Shown piece after piece: positions 1-13,100 of a stretch of 64,000 bases of DNA. The notes beneath the pieces are model-generated. The model was given only the letters and a program-made list of their open reading frames with translations. It did not search any database and was not told where the DNA came from. A program made the position numbers and the translations under genes. Source of the stretch: Octopus bimaculoides (Eukaryota); contig NC_068985.1 in assembly GCF_001194135.2 (NCBI RefSeq), positions 85,898,415 to 85,962,414 of the forward strand. Direction: 5' to 3'. How positions within the stretch are numbered: the first letter of the stretch is position 1; every line of letters begins with the position of its first letter.

Positions 1-240
1 GGAAATAGAGATAACCTGAATGTGGAGCCTAAAATAAGAAACAATACCTATAATAATAGGTGCATTAGGTATGATTAAAAAACATTAAAAAAAAAAACAT
101 AACAAAAACAGCGAGACTTACAAATATATATAACACACAGAAAATAGCACTACTAGGCACTGCATTCATCTTATGTAAAGCACTTTCAATACAGTGAAAA
201 TAGAAGCACCACAACAAACCACAGCACATACTCAAGGCAC
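1..240 (+). mobile_element. 3' end of an R4/Dong-like RLE non-LTR retrotransposon (degenerate; truncated by the window edge and by a SINE)
   Basis: Manual translation across frameshifts gives EIEIT*MWSLK..TIPIIIGALGMIK..YNTQKIALLGTAFILCKALSIQ* (stop 195-197). P-x-I-I-G-A-L-G and Q-K-x-A-L-L-G-T-A-x-I-L-R are C-terminal motifs of R4-type RLE elements. The 3' UTR matches the copy at 63833-64000. Confidence 0.8.
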
Positions 241-346
241 AAAGTTGACCATGGCAGAATTTGAACTCAGAATGTAAAGGCAGATGGACAAAATGCTGCT
301 AATCATTTTGTCTGGCAGGCTAAGGATTCTACCATCTGGCTGCCTC
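240..346 (-). mobile_element. SINE family B head fragment
   Basis: Reverse complement contains TTCTGAGTTCAAATTCTGCC..GTCAACTTTG, as in the longer copies at 37811-38023 and 59480-59695. Confidence 0.7.
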
Positions 347-410
347 TATAATAATAATAATGATAATAATAATAATAATAATGATAATAATAATAATAAT
401 AATAATAATA

Positions 411-477
<67 letters not shown>

Positions 478-744
478 CGATAATAGTTTTTTCACTGTAA
501 CACAAGACCAGCTTTTTGGGCAAATGGTTTTGGGAATATTATTGACCTCAGTTTATCACTGGTACCGATTTCATTGATCACTTTGTCTTCATCCCAGAAT
601 GATGAACAGTAAAGCTGGTACTGTAAAGCTGGAAAATGAGGAATAAACACTGAAAAAACATTTGGTCAGCAGTCATTGCTAGCAACTCCCTGCCTGGTAA
701 TAGTGACAAGGACGATGATAATGCTAATAACAACAATGTTAATA

Positions 745-776
<32 letters not shown>

Positions 777-975
777 GATAATGATGATGATGATGATAAT
801 GATGAACGAAACAAATATGAAAATAATGACGATTATTATAATTTTGGTGGTAGTCATGATAATGATGATTGTGATGGCATACATAATGATGAAGATGATG
901 ATTATAATAATTATTAAAATAACAATGATGATGACAATGACAGTGATGATGATGATGATGGTGACGAGGATGCTA
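347..975. repeat. Compound (AAT)n / (GAT)n microsatellite field with a degenerate SINE B remnant (~495-630)
   Basis: Pure AAT run at ~347-482 and degenerate GAT/AAT run at ~715-975, seen directly. Confidence 0.9.
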
Positions 976-1719
976 CTGCAGGTTGTTACTTCAGAGTTTG
1001 CTCTCTCGTAACCTTCCAATGTAAACTGTGAAGTTGACTGAACTATGAAAACTAAATTATTCTGTAAACAGCAACAACAACAACAACAATAACACTCCCA
1101 CCAACAGCATTAGCAGCAATGGGAAGACAAAAACAAATAAACAAACAAAAACAAACCCACAGAAAATGGAAATTTGCTGCTTCAAATATGTGTTAAAGTA
1201 ACGAAGCTGTGACGTTTCATTTTGAAATGACAACGGATTACGTTTGATCCATGTTTTATCACCGAAATGTAATTTAATGAGGTGACTGGTTCATTGAACC
1301 TCACCTCCCACCCACCCCCACCACTCACAAACAAGATAAATGTTATGTAAATAAAGAAGAAAACAAATGATTAAATAAATTGAATAATATATATAATATG
1401 AATATAGACATATACAGACACACACATATAAACATATTTACATTTATATACATATATATAGACATAGAGATATAAATATACATAGCCATATATGCATACA
1501 TACATTCACTGATATATACATCCACACACACATATATATACACACATATACATACACAAGCACACACACATTTATGAAATTCATGCAGGCTTCATGGAAA
1601 TGATAAAATTGCAAAAATATTTGATTGTATGGTGACATTTTATTCAGCTTTCATGGAAACATGGAAAGACAAGAAGAACCAAAAAAAAAAAAATATTTAA
1701 ACATAATAAAGATTGATTC

Positions 1720-1773
<54 letters not shown>

Positions 1774-2102
1774 CACATAGAAGAAAAACAAGCAATGGGG
1801 GAGGGAATGGGTAGAGAATCAGGTTATGTCTTCTTATTTTACTGTTTTGTTGATTATAAACCTCGTTTTTATAAAAGATGTATTTTGGGGGAAGTGGTGG
1901 GGACAGAGTTCACTCCGTTGAAGAAACACATAAAGAATGGTATTTACACAAGAATTTTTGATATTCTACAAATCAAAGTCCTCTGTATGTGTATATACAT
2001 GTGTGTATGTGTATGCGCGCGCGTGCGCGTGTGTGGTTGAAGTTCATGAACTTTATTTCTTTGTGAAACCTCTTAAAATTCAATTAATTTGCTACATTGT
2101 TT

Positions 2103-2395
2103 ACTTGCTTCATTCATTAGATTGTGACCATGCTGGAGCACCATCTGGAAGAATTTTTAGTCAAATGAATCGACCCCAGTACTTTTGCCAAACTGCACTG
2201 GTTTTCGAGTGGCGGTGGGGGACAAAGAGACACACACACACACACAATGATTTTCTTTTAGTTTCTGTCTACCAAATCCACTCAGAAGGCCTGAAGCTAT
2301 CGTAAAAAGACACTTGCTCAAGGTGCCATGCAGTAGGATTGAACCTGGAATCCTGTGGTTGGGAGGCAAGTTTCTTACCACACAACCACGACTGA
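2103..2395 (-). mobile_element. SINE family A (tRNA-derived, internal CA/TA tract), internally deleted
   Basis: Reverse complement has GTGTGGTAAGAAACTTGCCTCCCAACCACAGGATTCCAGGTTCAATCC (A/B-box-like head), GTGGATTTGGTAGACAGAAACT and the tail GGTGCTCCAGCATGGTCACAATC. Confidence 0.75.
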
Positions 2396-2653
2396 CCTAT
2401 ACTTATTCATATATTTTAGTAAAATTCGGGAAATGTTTTCCTTGAATGACCACCACCATCCAATGGAGAACTGAAAATCAATGGAAACTGGGATTGTTTT
2501 TTCGTTTTTAAATCGAAAATATTTAGATCTTTCTCAATTAAAAGAAAAGAGAAAAGAAATCCTGTCAGCACTTCCATTTATTAGTAAAAAAAAAAGACTC
2601 TAATCAGAGTTTAAACCTAACGAGGTTTAACGCAGACAAAAGTGCATTTATAT

Positions 2654-2692
<39 letters not shown>

Positions 2693-2700
2693 TAGATAAA

Positions 2701-3310
2701 TGTAGGAATGGCTGCGTGGTAAGAAGCTTGCTTCCCAGCTACATGATTCTGGGTTCAGTCCCACTATGTGGTGCCTTGGGTAAGTGTTTTCTACTATAGT
2801 CTTAAGATGACCTGTTAGTGGATTTGGTAGACAGAAACTGAAAGAAGCCCATTGTATATATATATATAGTTGTGTAGGTATCAGTTAGAGGAGTTTAATG
2901 TTTAATACCTCTAAGGGATAATTAAATTCAAAGGCGCTCCTGGTTATTACCTGGGTAGGTATAGTGCTTTGTAAAGTTGTATGGTAGCAGGTAGTTTGGT
3001 TGGTAGACCATAGTTTTCTTCTCGTATATATGTGTGTATGTGTGTGTGTGTGTCTGTGTGTCATCCACCACTGCTTGACAACACTGTTTGAGCCTGGGTG
3101 AAGCCAACCACAATTGCAGATCTCAGTAGCAGTAGCAAATATTTTACATCTCTGTAACTTAGCAGTTCAACAAAAGAGACTGATAGAATAAGTTCTACAC
3201 TTAAGAACATAAGTTACTGGGGTTGATTTAGTTCAACTAAAAACTCTTGAAGGCAGTGCCCCAGTATGACCGCAGTCTAATAACTGAAACAAATATAAGA
3301 TACGAAATAT
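2701..3310 (+). mobile_element. SINE family A, near full length with internal insertions
   Basis: Head GGCTGCGTGGTAAGAAGCTTGCTTCCCAG..GGGTTCAGTCCCAC, body GTGGATTTGGTAGACAGAAACTGAAAGAAGCCC, internal TA/TG tract, tail GGCAGTGCCCCAGTATGACCGCAGTC..TGAAACAA. Confidence 0.8.
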
Positions 3311-3699
3311 AAAAGATATATATATGTATATATATGCAGACACATTTTCTAATCTCTCTACAGGTTTATTATGCTCTCCACTCTTTCTGTTCAGCCACTT
3401 ATACTGTCCTTCCTTCTGAGTCACTCCTATTTCTAGCACATTCTCATCCCATTCTGATATTTACCATCAAACACACCTCCATCCTTGTTCACCATTCACC
3501 TCTACCCCCATCTCTAACCCTTCTTTATTCTCCTTCCATACTCTTATGTACTTATCCCCCCCCCTACAACCCTTCCTGATCCTCTCTTTCTATTCTCTCT
3601 TCAACTCATCTTTTTGTACTTTCAGAATATGCTCCGACACCACCACCAAAATCTTCATCTTCCTTCCAACTCCTCCCACCCACATATAATGCGGAATAG

Positions 3700-3990
3700 C
3701 CTTGGACCTCCTCTAAAGCAAGGTGTCTGTGCATGTCCTTCTCCCATACTTTAACCTCTCGACACTTGCCATAAGGACATTTCCAATTTGACGAGAGATT
3801 TTTCTCTTTGCTTTGCAGGTTACTTGGTGACCTCAGTAGTGTTAGTGCCACATAAAAAGCACCCTGTACACACTGCCAAGTGGTTGGCATTAGGAATGGC
3901 ATCCAGCTATAGAAATGATGTCAAAGCAGACACTGGAGCTCATTGCTGGCCTCCAGCTTGATGGATCCTGTCTAGCTGTTTAATCAATTC
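3700..3990 (+). mobile_element. Short RTE-tail-related retroposon (related copy at 62445-62740)
   Basis: Shares CCTTCTCCCATACTTT..CCTC and AAGTGGTTGGCATTAGGAA(T/G)GGCATCCAGCT(A/G)TAGAAA with the RTE 3' end at 43250-43400. Confidence 0.6.
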
Positions 3991-4371
3991 TAAACTGGAA
4001 GAAGGACACCACTCACACACAGACACACCACTCACACCACACACATTACACACACAAATCCCATTAAACATAGTATCTGTGTAGGCTGTGGATTTCATTC
4101 TGGACTGGTCTGCATGTTGTGTCCTTGAGCAAGATATTTCATTTCCTAATGTTCCGTTCTATTTAGCTGTAAGAAGTACCAGACAATTCTACCCCCATCC
4201 AGCTGTCCCATGGGAGAGCCAAAAGGGTGTGTTTCAGCCTGCTTTTGACAAAACAATCAGCAGAAGCTATCAAGTCATACTCATTCATGAAGGACATCAA
4301 TGCTATGGGTTTATCTCTCTCCCACTCATTCATGTTTTCAATCATGCCTATGACTTAGTGTAATATATTTT

Positions 4372-4418
<47 letters not shown>

Positions 4419-5330
4419 ACATTTGGACAGACAGACAGACAGTCATTCAGACAGTCAGTCAATCATTCACACAGTCAAGCAGACAGTCAGACAGACAGAT
4501 GTACTATACATGAATGTTTGTTAGATTATTGTTTTAGTAGTGTGAAATGTATAATGTGTAATATTTGATGAGGCTCACTCCCTGCAATATAAACAAAAGG
4601 GTTTCCCATACCAGATGAAGAGAGTAACCCTTGTTTGGATTATTATAGACAGGCTCTTCCTCTGCCTCCAAAGGGTTTTCATGAGATGGGGTTCAGCTCT
4701 GGATTCGTGATGTGAAACTATTGAGCAACAGACCTTCCACTGAATAGAAGTAGGCATATTACACCAAACATTTTCATCTAATTACCATCTATTTCTGATG
4801 ACTAGGTGGACTGTGACAGGGTAGATTAAGTACAACCCAGAAGTATTACGACAGTTAAATGTACAATAATGAAGAAGTCTTTATGTGTCTAACAGAGTTA
4901 AAACTTTACATTTGAGTTGAGAGACTACAAGATCTGCTGAGAGGAGATGAGAGATAAAAAAAAGTTGACTATTTTAAGCATTTATGAAGATGAAAAGGAA
5001 AATGCATTAATTGTGCATTATAGAAATAATTTAATATTTGGTATATTTTAATCATATTATTAAATGAGGATTTATTAAAAAACAAAACAAAAATTGAACC
5101 ATTTTATTCAAAGTAGGATGAGATCAAATTTACATCCAAGAACTAACACATATGCACACACATATACATACACACATGTACGTATGTATATATACACTGA
5201 CAAATACATATATCTATGCAGGCACATACACACACATGCACACACACACACACACACACATACACACACAAGTAATACATATATATACACATACAAACAT
5301 ACACTTACAGAAACGTGCATATACATATGC

Positions 5331-5377
<47 letters not shown>

Positions 5378-6636
5378 GACATACACGTAAGCACACATGT
5401 AAACACACATGTATGCATACATCTACACATTAACACTTCCGTACATGTCATATACACACTGATCATGCAGTTTTATGATCAGCAAACTGTTGAATTAGAT
5501 TTTTCGATCCCACAGTTGTTTGATGGTAACCTTGTGACTTTCTCTTTACTTTGTAGAACTGGTGCTTCTATTGCCAGATTTTTCACATTAACCTGGTAAT
5601 ATTCTGTTTGAGTCTGTCTGTAGAATTGGTAGTTTATATCAAGGCATTGTCCATTAAATCTAGTGATGTTCTCTCTTCAAACTGTGGAATAGCTGGTTTA
5701 TCATCGTTCAGTTGTTTGACATCAACCTGGTGACTTTCCATTCATCTGGGCTACACTGACATGGCGTTGAATTACCGCAGAAGAATGGAAAAGCCTTCAG
5801 ACTGTGATAGTTCTGCAATTCACCTTATTCTAATAAAAGACAAATTCTATGAACAAATCTCCACACCTTTAAAATTATAACAACGATTAAAAAAGAAAAA
5901 AATAATTATAATATAATGACAATATTATAAATGATAGTTATTATTCTCATTACATATCGAAATGATGATGATGATGATGATGATGATGACAATCACAAAG
6001 ACCATTGTTTTTGTTGTTGTTTAGCCTTAGATGAGCCTTGATCTAGAAGAACTTTGATCAAAGGCTTTTCAATCGTGACCATTCCTTCTGCTTTGTGGGG
6101 GATAAGATTGCACTGTTGATTATGTCTCATCCATATTTCTGAAATGTGATGTGAGAGAAGTTTGGCTGCTATTTCATGCATATCAAACGACCATGTAGAG
6201 ATTTCCCTCACTGAAGTATAACAATGAAATTCCTATTACTTTGTAGCATAAATCTTGGATTAAACTCAACTGCATCGTTACAGAATTCTTTTAAATAAAT
6301 TTGATGTTTGTATAATTATTAAGCAGTTGATATGCATGGCCAGACATATTTTGGAGAATATTGAGAAATGGAGAGTACAACTTGTATGAGTGACATTCAT
6401 ATACAATTATCACATAATGTCAAGACAAGGAGACACATTAATGCACTCATATACATCTATACACATACATTGATTTGGGGATATAAACAAGAAACTAGAA
6501 CTCAAAATATGAGTATGAGTAGGTTTCTTTTTAACAATTGATAGAAATTATAGAGTGACTCAAAAGCTGTTAGTTTCATTCATTGGCACATATGAAAGTA
6601 ATATTATTAATAAAAAAACATACATGTGTATGTAAA

Positions 6637-6670
<34 letters not shown>

Positions 6671-6672
6671 AT

Positions 6673-7209
6673 NNNNNNNNNNNNNNNNNNNNNNNNNNNN
6701 NNNNNNNNNNNNNNNNNNNNNNNNNNNNNNNNNNNNNNNNNNNNNNNNNNNNNNNNNNNNNNNNNNNNNNNNNNNNNNNNNNNNNNNNNNNNNNNNNNNN
6801 NNNNNNNNNNNNNNNNNNNNNNNNNNNNNNNNNNNNNNNNNNNNNNNNNNNNNNNNNNNNNNNNNNNNNNNNNNNNNNNNNNNNNNNNNNNNNNNNNNNN
6901 NNNNNNNNNNNNNNNNNNNNNNNNNNNNNNNNNNNNNNNNNNNNNNNNNNNNNNNNNNNNNNNNNNNNNNNNNNNNNNNNNNNNNNNNNNNNNNNNNNNN
7001 NNNNNNNNNNNNNNNNNNNNNNNNNNNNNNNNNNNNNNNNNNNNNNNNNNNNNNNNNNNNNNNNNNNNNNNNNNNNNNNNNNNNNNNNNNNNNNNNNNNN
7101 NNNNNNNNNNNNNNNNNNNNNNNNNNNNNNNNNNNNNNNNNNNNNNNNNNNNNNNNNNNNNNNNNNNNNNNNNNNNNNNNNNNNNNNNNNNNNNNNNNNN
7201 NNNNNNNNN
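6673..7209. other. Assembly gap (others: 14518-14824, 21440-22299, 23974-24009, 27859-28087, 34208-35055, 48387-48919, 49664-49900)
   Basis: N runs. Seven of eight abut (TA)n on at least one side; the one at 27859 abuts (CCA)n. Confidence 0.99.
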
Positions 7210-9186
7210 AATTATTGTTTAAATTAACTAATAATAATCTTCTATATTTATTGTTTTCTCGGAGGGATAATTCCATATTAGATATGAATAGAAACCAAAT
7301 AAAATTTTTTTTCCTTGTTTACTTAGTTTATCGTAGGGAGAATTCCATAATAGACATTAATATAGGTTTAAAGCTGTAAATGTGATAACCAAAATGCCCT
7401 GTATATATATATATATATATATATATATTTAGGTTATAGTAATGGAAATCAAATTTACTAATTTTTTAGGGGTAACCAGATTTGAAGTTACTTAAATAAT
7501 GATTGTTATTCATATATTATGGAAGGGAGAATTTAGTGAATCAATAGAACTCATTAATATAAACCAAACAAGTAATAAGAACTGTTCTCGATGAACTAAT
7601 CAATATTATTATTTACAAAATGAGGGACCATATATAGTGCATATCCAAACTCTATCAATACTTTCAGAAGTAACAAACAATATCGTTGTAATAAGAATAC
7701 AATTTAGAAACTATACAATACTATAATAATATTATGCAATACTATAATAATAATTTTGGTGACAAGGGACTATCTTGGACATGAAAGGGTTTCAATTGGT
7801 ATGTGTTTGAGATGTAATGAATTGAATTTCAATGGTTCTGGATTGCACTTACCTGGTTGTATCATCCGTTAGTGTTTTTGTTTTTTAATTGTAATTGATG
7901 TATGATTGAATAGTTAACACTCATTCTCATAATAAATAGACATATGAATTAATTTTTACAATCCAGCCATCTTTTCACATGGAATTCCATCCATCTTTAA
8001 ACCATGACCCTGAAGTGACTTATATATAAGGCAACTGCTATTGTGTATGTTTATCAGAAAATGTATATAAGTTGAAACAATTTGTTGGCCTTTAATGTCT
8101 TTTTTTAAATAATTGTTTATGTTACATTATATTCAAAGTATATCATGTAATATCATAATATAAATAAAATTATTTGATTGTCAATAGTATCTATTTAATT
8201 TATCTTCATATATATATATATATATATGTCAATCCCTATATATTTATGATTATAAATGTTTTTTACCGAAAAGGTTTTTTCATACTGAGCTACCTGGCAA
8301 AATTGTTAATTATTAATTTTATTAATAATTGACGATTCCCTGCCCTGCATATCTATATCTATATATATATATATATATATACACACACATAGACAATAAG
8401 GGCTAGCTAGATATACTCAGCATAGAAAACATGTAGTTGAGCTCAAATGAATTTGAATTTAGACTACAGTGGAATTGAACACAAAACCATGTGGCTGGAG
8501 AGCAGATAACTTAACTATGCAGCCTGCATCTATTATGTCTTTGTGAGAAATATTTATTGCTTTTATTTCGAGAATTTGCAGGTGGTTTGAGTATATTAAG
8601 TGACAGTATTTGTCATGGTTTAATGTCACAAGATTCACTACAACTTCAAAACAAAGCTGACTTTTCTAATGTAATACTGACAATGATTACAGAAGCAAAA
8701 ATAAATAAATAATAAAAAAATAATTAATGACTTTTATTTCTAATATATAATGAACACAAAGAAAATGTTATGTTCTACAGTAGCTACAACAATATGCAAG
8801 AGAGGGGAAATGGCTGTTATTATCAATATTACAGGAGACTAAATAAATAAGTTATAAAACTGTTTAGCTTTGAGTTCACATCCTATAGCTCTTCCATATT
8901 CCACCTTTCACTTCTGAGCACAACATTATAGCACATGAACCAATTATAGAGCCTTTATGCATATCAGGGTCTTGTGTAATCTTAGCTCTATAATATACAT
9001 ACAAGTGTAGATCATAGTTATTCCATGTTATTAATAGTTTCAAGAATCACTCAAAGGTCTGGTTGCTGTACTGCATGCACCATTTACTGCAGGAATGACT
9101 GTCACTTTTGTCTAACATAATCTCTTCATCTCTCTCTGGCGAGGTCATGATATTTCTCAATTTCTTTGGTATCTTAGCATTACTAT

Positions 9187-9265
<79 letters not shown>

Positions 9266-9266
<1 letters not shown>

Positions 9267-9660
9267 AATTTTACTTCTCAGAGCTCTTGGTCTTACTTGT
9301 TCTGGTTGATTCTGTGAGTGTGGATTGCAACCTGTTGTCAGATGTATTGCAGGGTCACTTTTTGCAAGCTATAAGACTTGGTACCTGGATATCAAGCATT
9401 GTGGAAGACACTCAATACCCAAGCACCAATCTCAAAATCCTAGCGGCCCCCAACAGAGCAGTTTTTGGGGGGCATGCTCTGTCTTCATGTCTACTCAAAA
9501 ACTAACATTTCATGACAATTGTATTCATTGTCTTTGTCCATTTTGTTCTGGCAGCCATTTAATGATGACTGGGCCTGTGCTGCTTACCCACAGGGTACCT
9601 GCCAGGTAAAAGTTCATTCCTTGTAGTTCCGTCTTCATCTATGCTGTCGTTTGTAATTCC
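9266..9660 (-). mobile_element. Internally deleted R4/Dong-like element followed by a (TAG)n tract (9180-9266)
   Basis: Minus-strand 9558-9412 translates MAARTKWTKTMNTIVMKC*FLSRHEDRACPPKTALLGAARILRLVLGY*. The C-terminal half is the R4 KTALLG.ARILR.VL motif. A ~145-nt 3' UTR ends AAGTAAAATT then (TAG)n. The 5' limit is approximate. Confidence 0.75.
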
Positions 9661-9784
9661 TTTATCCATTTTACTCTCATGCAGAGGAAAGTGATGGTAA
9701 GGTGTCACAGCCACCAGTAATTTTATTGAAACACTATCTCTAGAGGGGTTGTTTGTCTTAAAGGACTCAAAGGGGCCCCTCTAT

Positions 9785-9822
<38 letters not shown>

Positions 9823-10608
9823 ATACAGCTACTTGCTTTTGGATGGACCAAATCCCTGGCACAGGTTTACTGCTTCTTTGATCAATAAAATAAGTGTCAG
9901 TAAAGTACCAGGGTCAAAAGAGTTGACTCTCTCTCATCCACCCAACAAGTTGGAGGTATTATGTCTTCCTATCTCAAGATTTTTCCATTTTTTCAAGGAG
10001 ACAGAAAGGTGTTTTTCTGAGGTTTTGCCATGGAAGGAGAAAGACAAAGTGTCAACTCTTGCCTCATCCAATGAAGAGAATTGAATCCATTTGCTTTGAA
10101 TGGAAACAGAAAGAGGGAGGGAGAGAGAGAGAGGGAGAGGGAGAGGGAGAGGAGACAAAGGGAACAGACAAAGAAAAAGCCAAAGAAATTCCATAATTAT
10201 TTATGAAAACAAATATCAATTTGAAAAATATTAAGTAGAAATTAAACAATTGAAATTAATAAATGGTATTAATTGAAGTAGTTTTTTTTTGTTATTGTTG
10301 TTTTGCTTCAATTTCTGCCATTATTGTACAAAGTTAAATGGTTTACATTTAATTAACAAAAACTATATTATCTTCAATTAGTATCTTCACCAATCTCCAA
10401 TAATATCAGAGAGTTTTTTTTTTTAGATATATCTCACTTATATATTCAAAAATAGTCATCATCATTATTATTTTGAGATATATATTCATATATCTTCATT
10501 GTTCAAAATTTAACCACAGTATATAACTTGTCAAAGAAATTTTTCAAAGTGATATAAGTTTTAAAAGATATGCACACATGTGAGTTTGAAAACATGCAGA
10601 CACACGCG

Positions 10609-10662
<54 letters not shown>

Positions 10663-10891
10663 TAGTATACATCATCATTGTCTTTCAACATCTATCTTCT
10701 ATGATAATATAGATAGGATAGATGCATCATGCTTCAAAGTCTACTTTGACATGGTTTCTATGGTTGATGCTCTTCCTAATGCTAAATACTTCACAGAGTA
10801 TCCTGGGTGGGTTTCTGTGAAACCAGCACTACTGAGGTCACTATATATATGTGTGTGCATATATGCACACACACATGTGCATGTATATACA

Positions 10892-10924
<33 letters not shown>

Positions 10925-11154
10925 GTATATAGGAATATATGTGTTTTTGAGTGTGTTTATATATATATATATATATAATACTTATAATATCATTCCATAG
11001 GCATCAGCATTAACTTCCTCACTCCTGATACCTGTATTTTTTCAAAATGTAATTTTCTCAAATAAAGTGCACTTCATATTCAAGGCTCTGATGAAGCTAT
11101 AGGACGTTACCCAGGAACTCAACTAAGAATCTGCTATCGTTTGTTTAACATTCT

Positions 11155-11522
11155 GTTTTAACATTCTAGTTCACTTCCGCTGTTTACAGCAGTGCTTGGA
11201 AGGAAGGTGTGTAACATGTGATTGTTGCATGCATTGACCATGACAGAGGAAGTTGTCATGGTGATACCTGCTCAGAAGTTAACGCAAAGTTGCAGAAAGT
11301 GTATGGACAGGAGTGTATGAACCACACACAAGCGTACGAGTGGTTCAGACGTTTCTAAAATGGCCGAAAAAATGTTGATATTGACGAACGTTCTGGGCAA
11401 CCCACAACCAGCAAGACTGAGAAAAACATTGTAGATGTGCATGTAGCTATCAGGGGAAATCGCTACACACCTTCCTTCCAAGCACTGCTGTAAACAACAG
11501 AAGTGAGTTACAATGTTAAAAC
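11155..11522 (+). mobile_element. Mariner-family transposase N-terminal fragment between 59-bp inverted arms
   Basis: 11261-11464 translates GDTCSEVNAKLQKVYGQECMNHTQAYEWFRRF*NGRKNVDIDERSGQPTTSKTEKNIVDVHVAIRGNR, matching the mariner HTH (YG..YEWFxRF.GR..D..RSGRP). Arms are 11155-11213 and 11464-11522. Confidence 0.85.
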
Positions 11523-12925
11523 TTAGTGCACATGCAAAGCAGAGTTTAAGGTTACTCTGTGCCAATTGGCCTTACTCTGCATGCTTTAGTTTCATTACTT
11601 TGGCAACAATCCAGATATATATGCATGTGTGTGTGTGTGTATCCTTTGACTGTGTTGCTGCAAAAACATGTTTGACCTAACAGTAAACAAAGGTCAAAGA
11701 ATGAAAACAAAACAATGGAATTATTTTCGCTCTCCATTTGTAGACACTAACAACTGGAATCTATTTGGAATTGCTGATTCTTAGTTCCATCATCAATGCT
11801 TAAAACAAATTCTTTTATTAAGTACCTTTGTATGGGAGAACATTTTTGATTTTTTATGGAATTAATTCCATACCTTTTAGCTAAATCAACCAAGGACATG
11901 CTGTATGAACTTTGGACTATTTATTTAAATATCTTGCTTTAAAAAAATACAAACATTTTGAAAATATTTAAAAGATCATTTTAAATTTTGTTTTTCAAAT
12001 ATGTTTAAAATTTTCTAGATTTAATAATTTCCGAATGATGATGATGATGATGAAGTTAACAGACTGGTTACCAAAGCAACGTATTAAGAAAGCAATGTAA
12101 TCATGTGATCTGCAAAAAAATAGCAATTGACTTCTCCTCAAATCTCATCCTGCTGTTTCGTGAAAGGGAGTCTGGCTAATGTAGTCCTAGATACACAATG
12201 ACACAATCTTCGGTGGAAGCCTTAATTCATCCCCTATTTAAAAGCCCCACCTGATCCTTGGGTGCCTTCAGCAAATTGTCACAATTCTGTCACAATTATT
12301 GGTCTGAAAATAATCTTCTTTCATCCTTTAGTCAGTTTCAGAGGCCTGAAAAAAGGGTTTTAGAGGAAATCCTTTCCCCTTTTGATTAAAATAAATTAAT
12401 CAATTAATCGGGCAAATTCATTTGACAAATGAGTATCACCGAATTAATTGGTGTCTTGATATGTTGGCACAACAATGACGAATGATTCGAAACCTTGTGA
12501 TTACAATTGGTCAGCCAAGTGTAGCCATGGATGGACAGTAGATGGACAATGATGGGTTGTCTTGATGGAAATTATTTAATTAGGTAGTTTGTTATTTATT
12601 ATATTTATTAAGTAGTACTTATGTGTGTACTAGCTTGAATGTGTGTCCATGTTTCAGGACATGGCAAACACCCATCCATTCATTCCTCTTATGATACTCT
12701 CATTCCTTCCCCGGTCACTTATGCCGTTCACTCTGCAAAGAGAACGATGAGAGAGAGCAAAGAAGTGGGGCGAAGAGATTTCTTTAATTTGTTGCATCAT
12801 GGCCTATAATTACCTCTCTGGCACTGTTGCCATGGAATGATGCACTCAGCGTAAGACTGAGAGAAGCCTTTAATCTTATCAAGGACATGACACTTCTATG
12901 ATGCTAATGCCAATATATCTCCAGT

Positions 12926-13100
12926 CCAAAGTGGTGAGCTGACAGAAACGTTAGCACACAGGTGAAATTCTGCTGGGGTCAACTTTACCTTTCATCCTTT
13001 TGGAGTCGATAAATCAAGTACCAGTTGCGTACTGGGGTCGGTCTAATCAATGGCCCCCTCCCCCAAAATTTAGGGCCTTGTGCTTAGAGTAGAAAAGAAT
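12926..13100 (+). mobile_element. SINE family B, internally deleted
   Basis: GGTGAGCTGACAGAAACGTTAGC head; GTCAACTTTACCTTTCATCCTTTTGGAGTCGATAAATCAAGTACCAGTTG body. Confidence 0.75.

Noticed and set aside
494-628. Convincing-looking minus-strand terminal exon LQYQLYCSSFWDEDKVINEIGTSDKLRSIIFPKPFAQKAGLVLQ*
   Set aside because: The DNA aligns by eye to SINE B (CACAAG.CCAGC..TTTTGGG; ATTGACCTCAGT..ACTGGTAC; CCCAGAA.GATGAA..GTAAAG). It shows how easily false exons arise here, which is why exon confidences are kept at or below 0.5.
4921-4960. In-frame TGA (ELKLYI*VERLQDLL) as selenocysteine
   Set aside because: There is no redox motif, no SECIS is evident, and exon status itself is unsupported.
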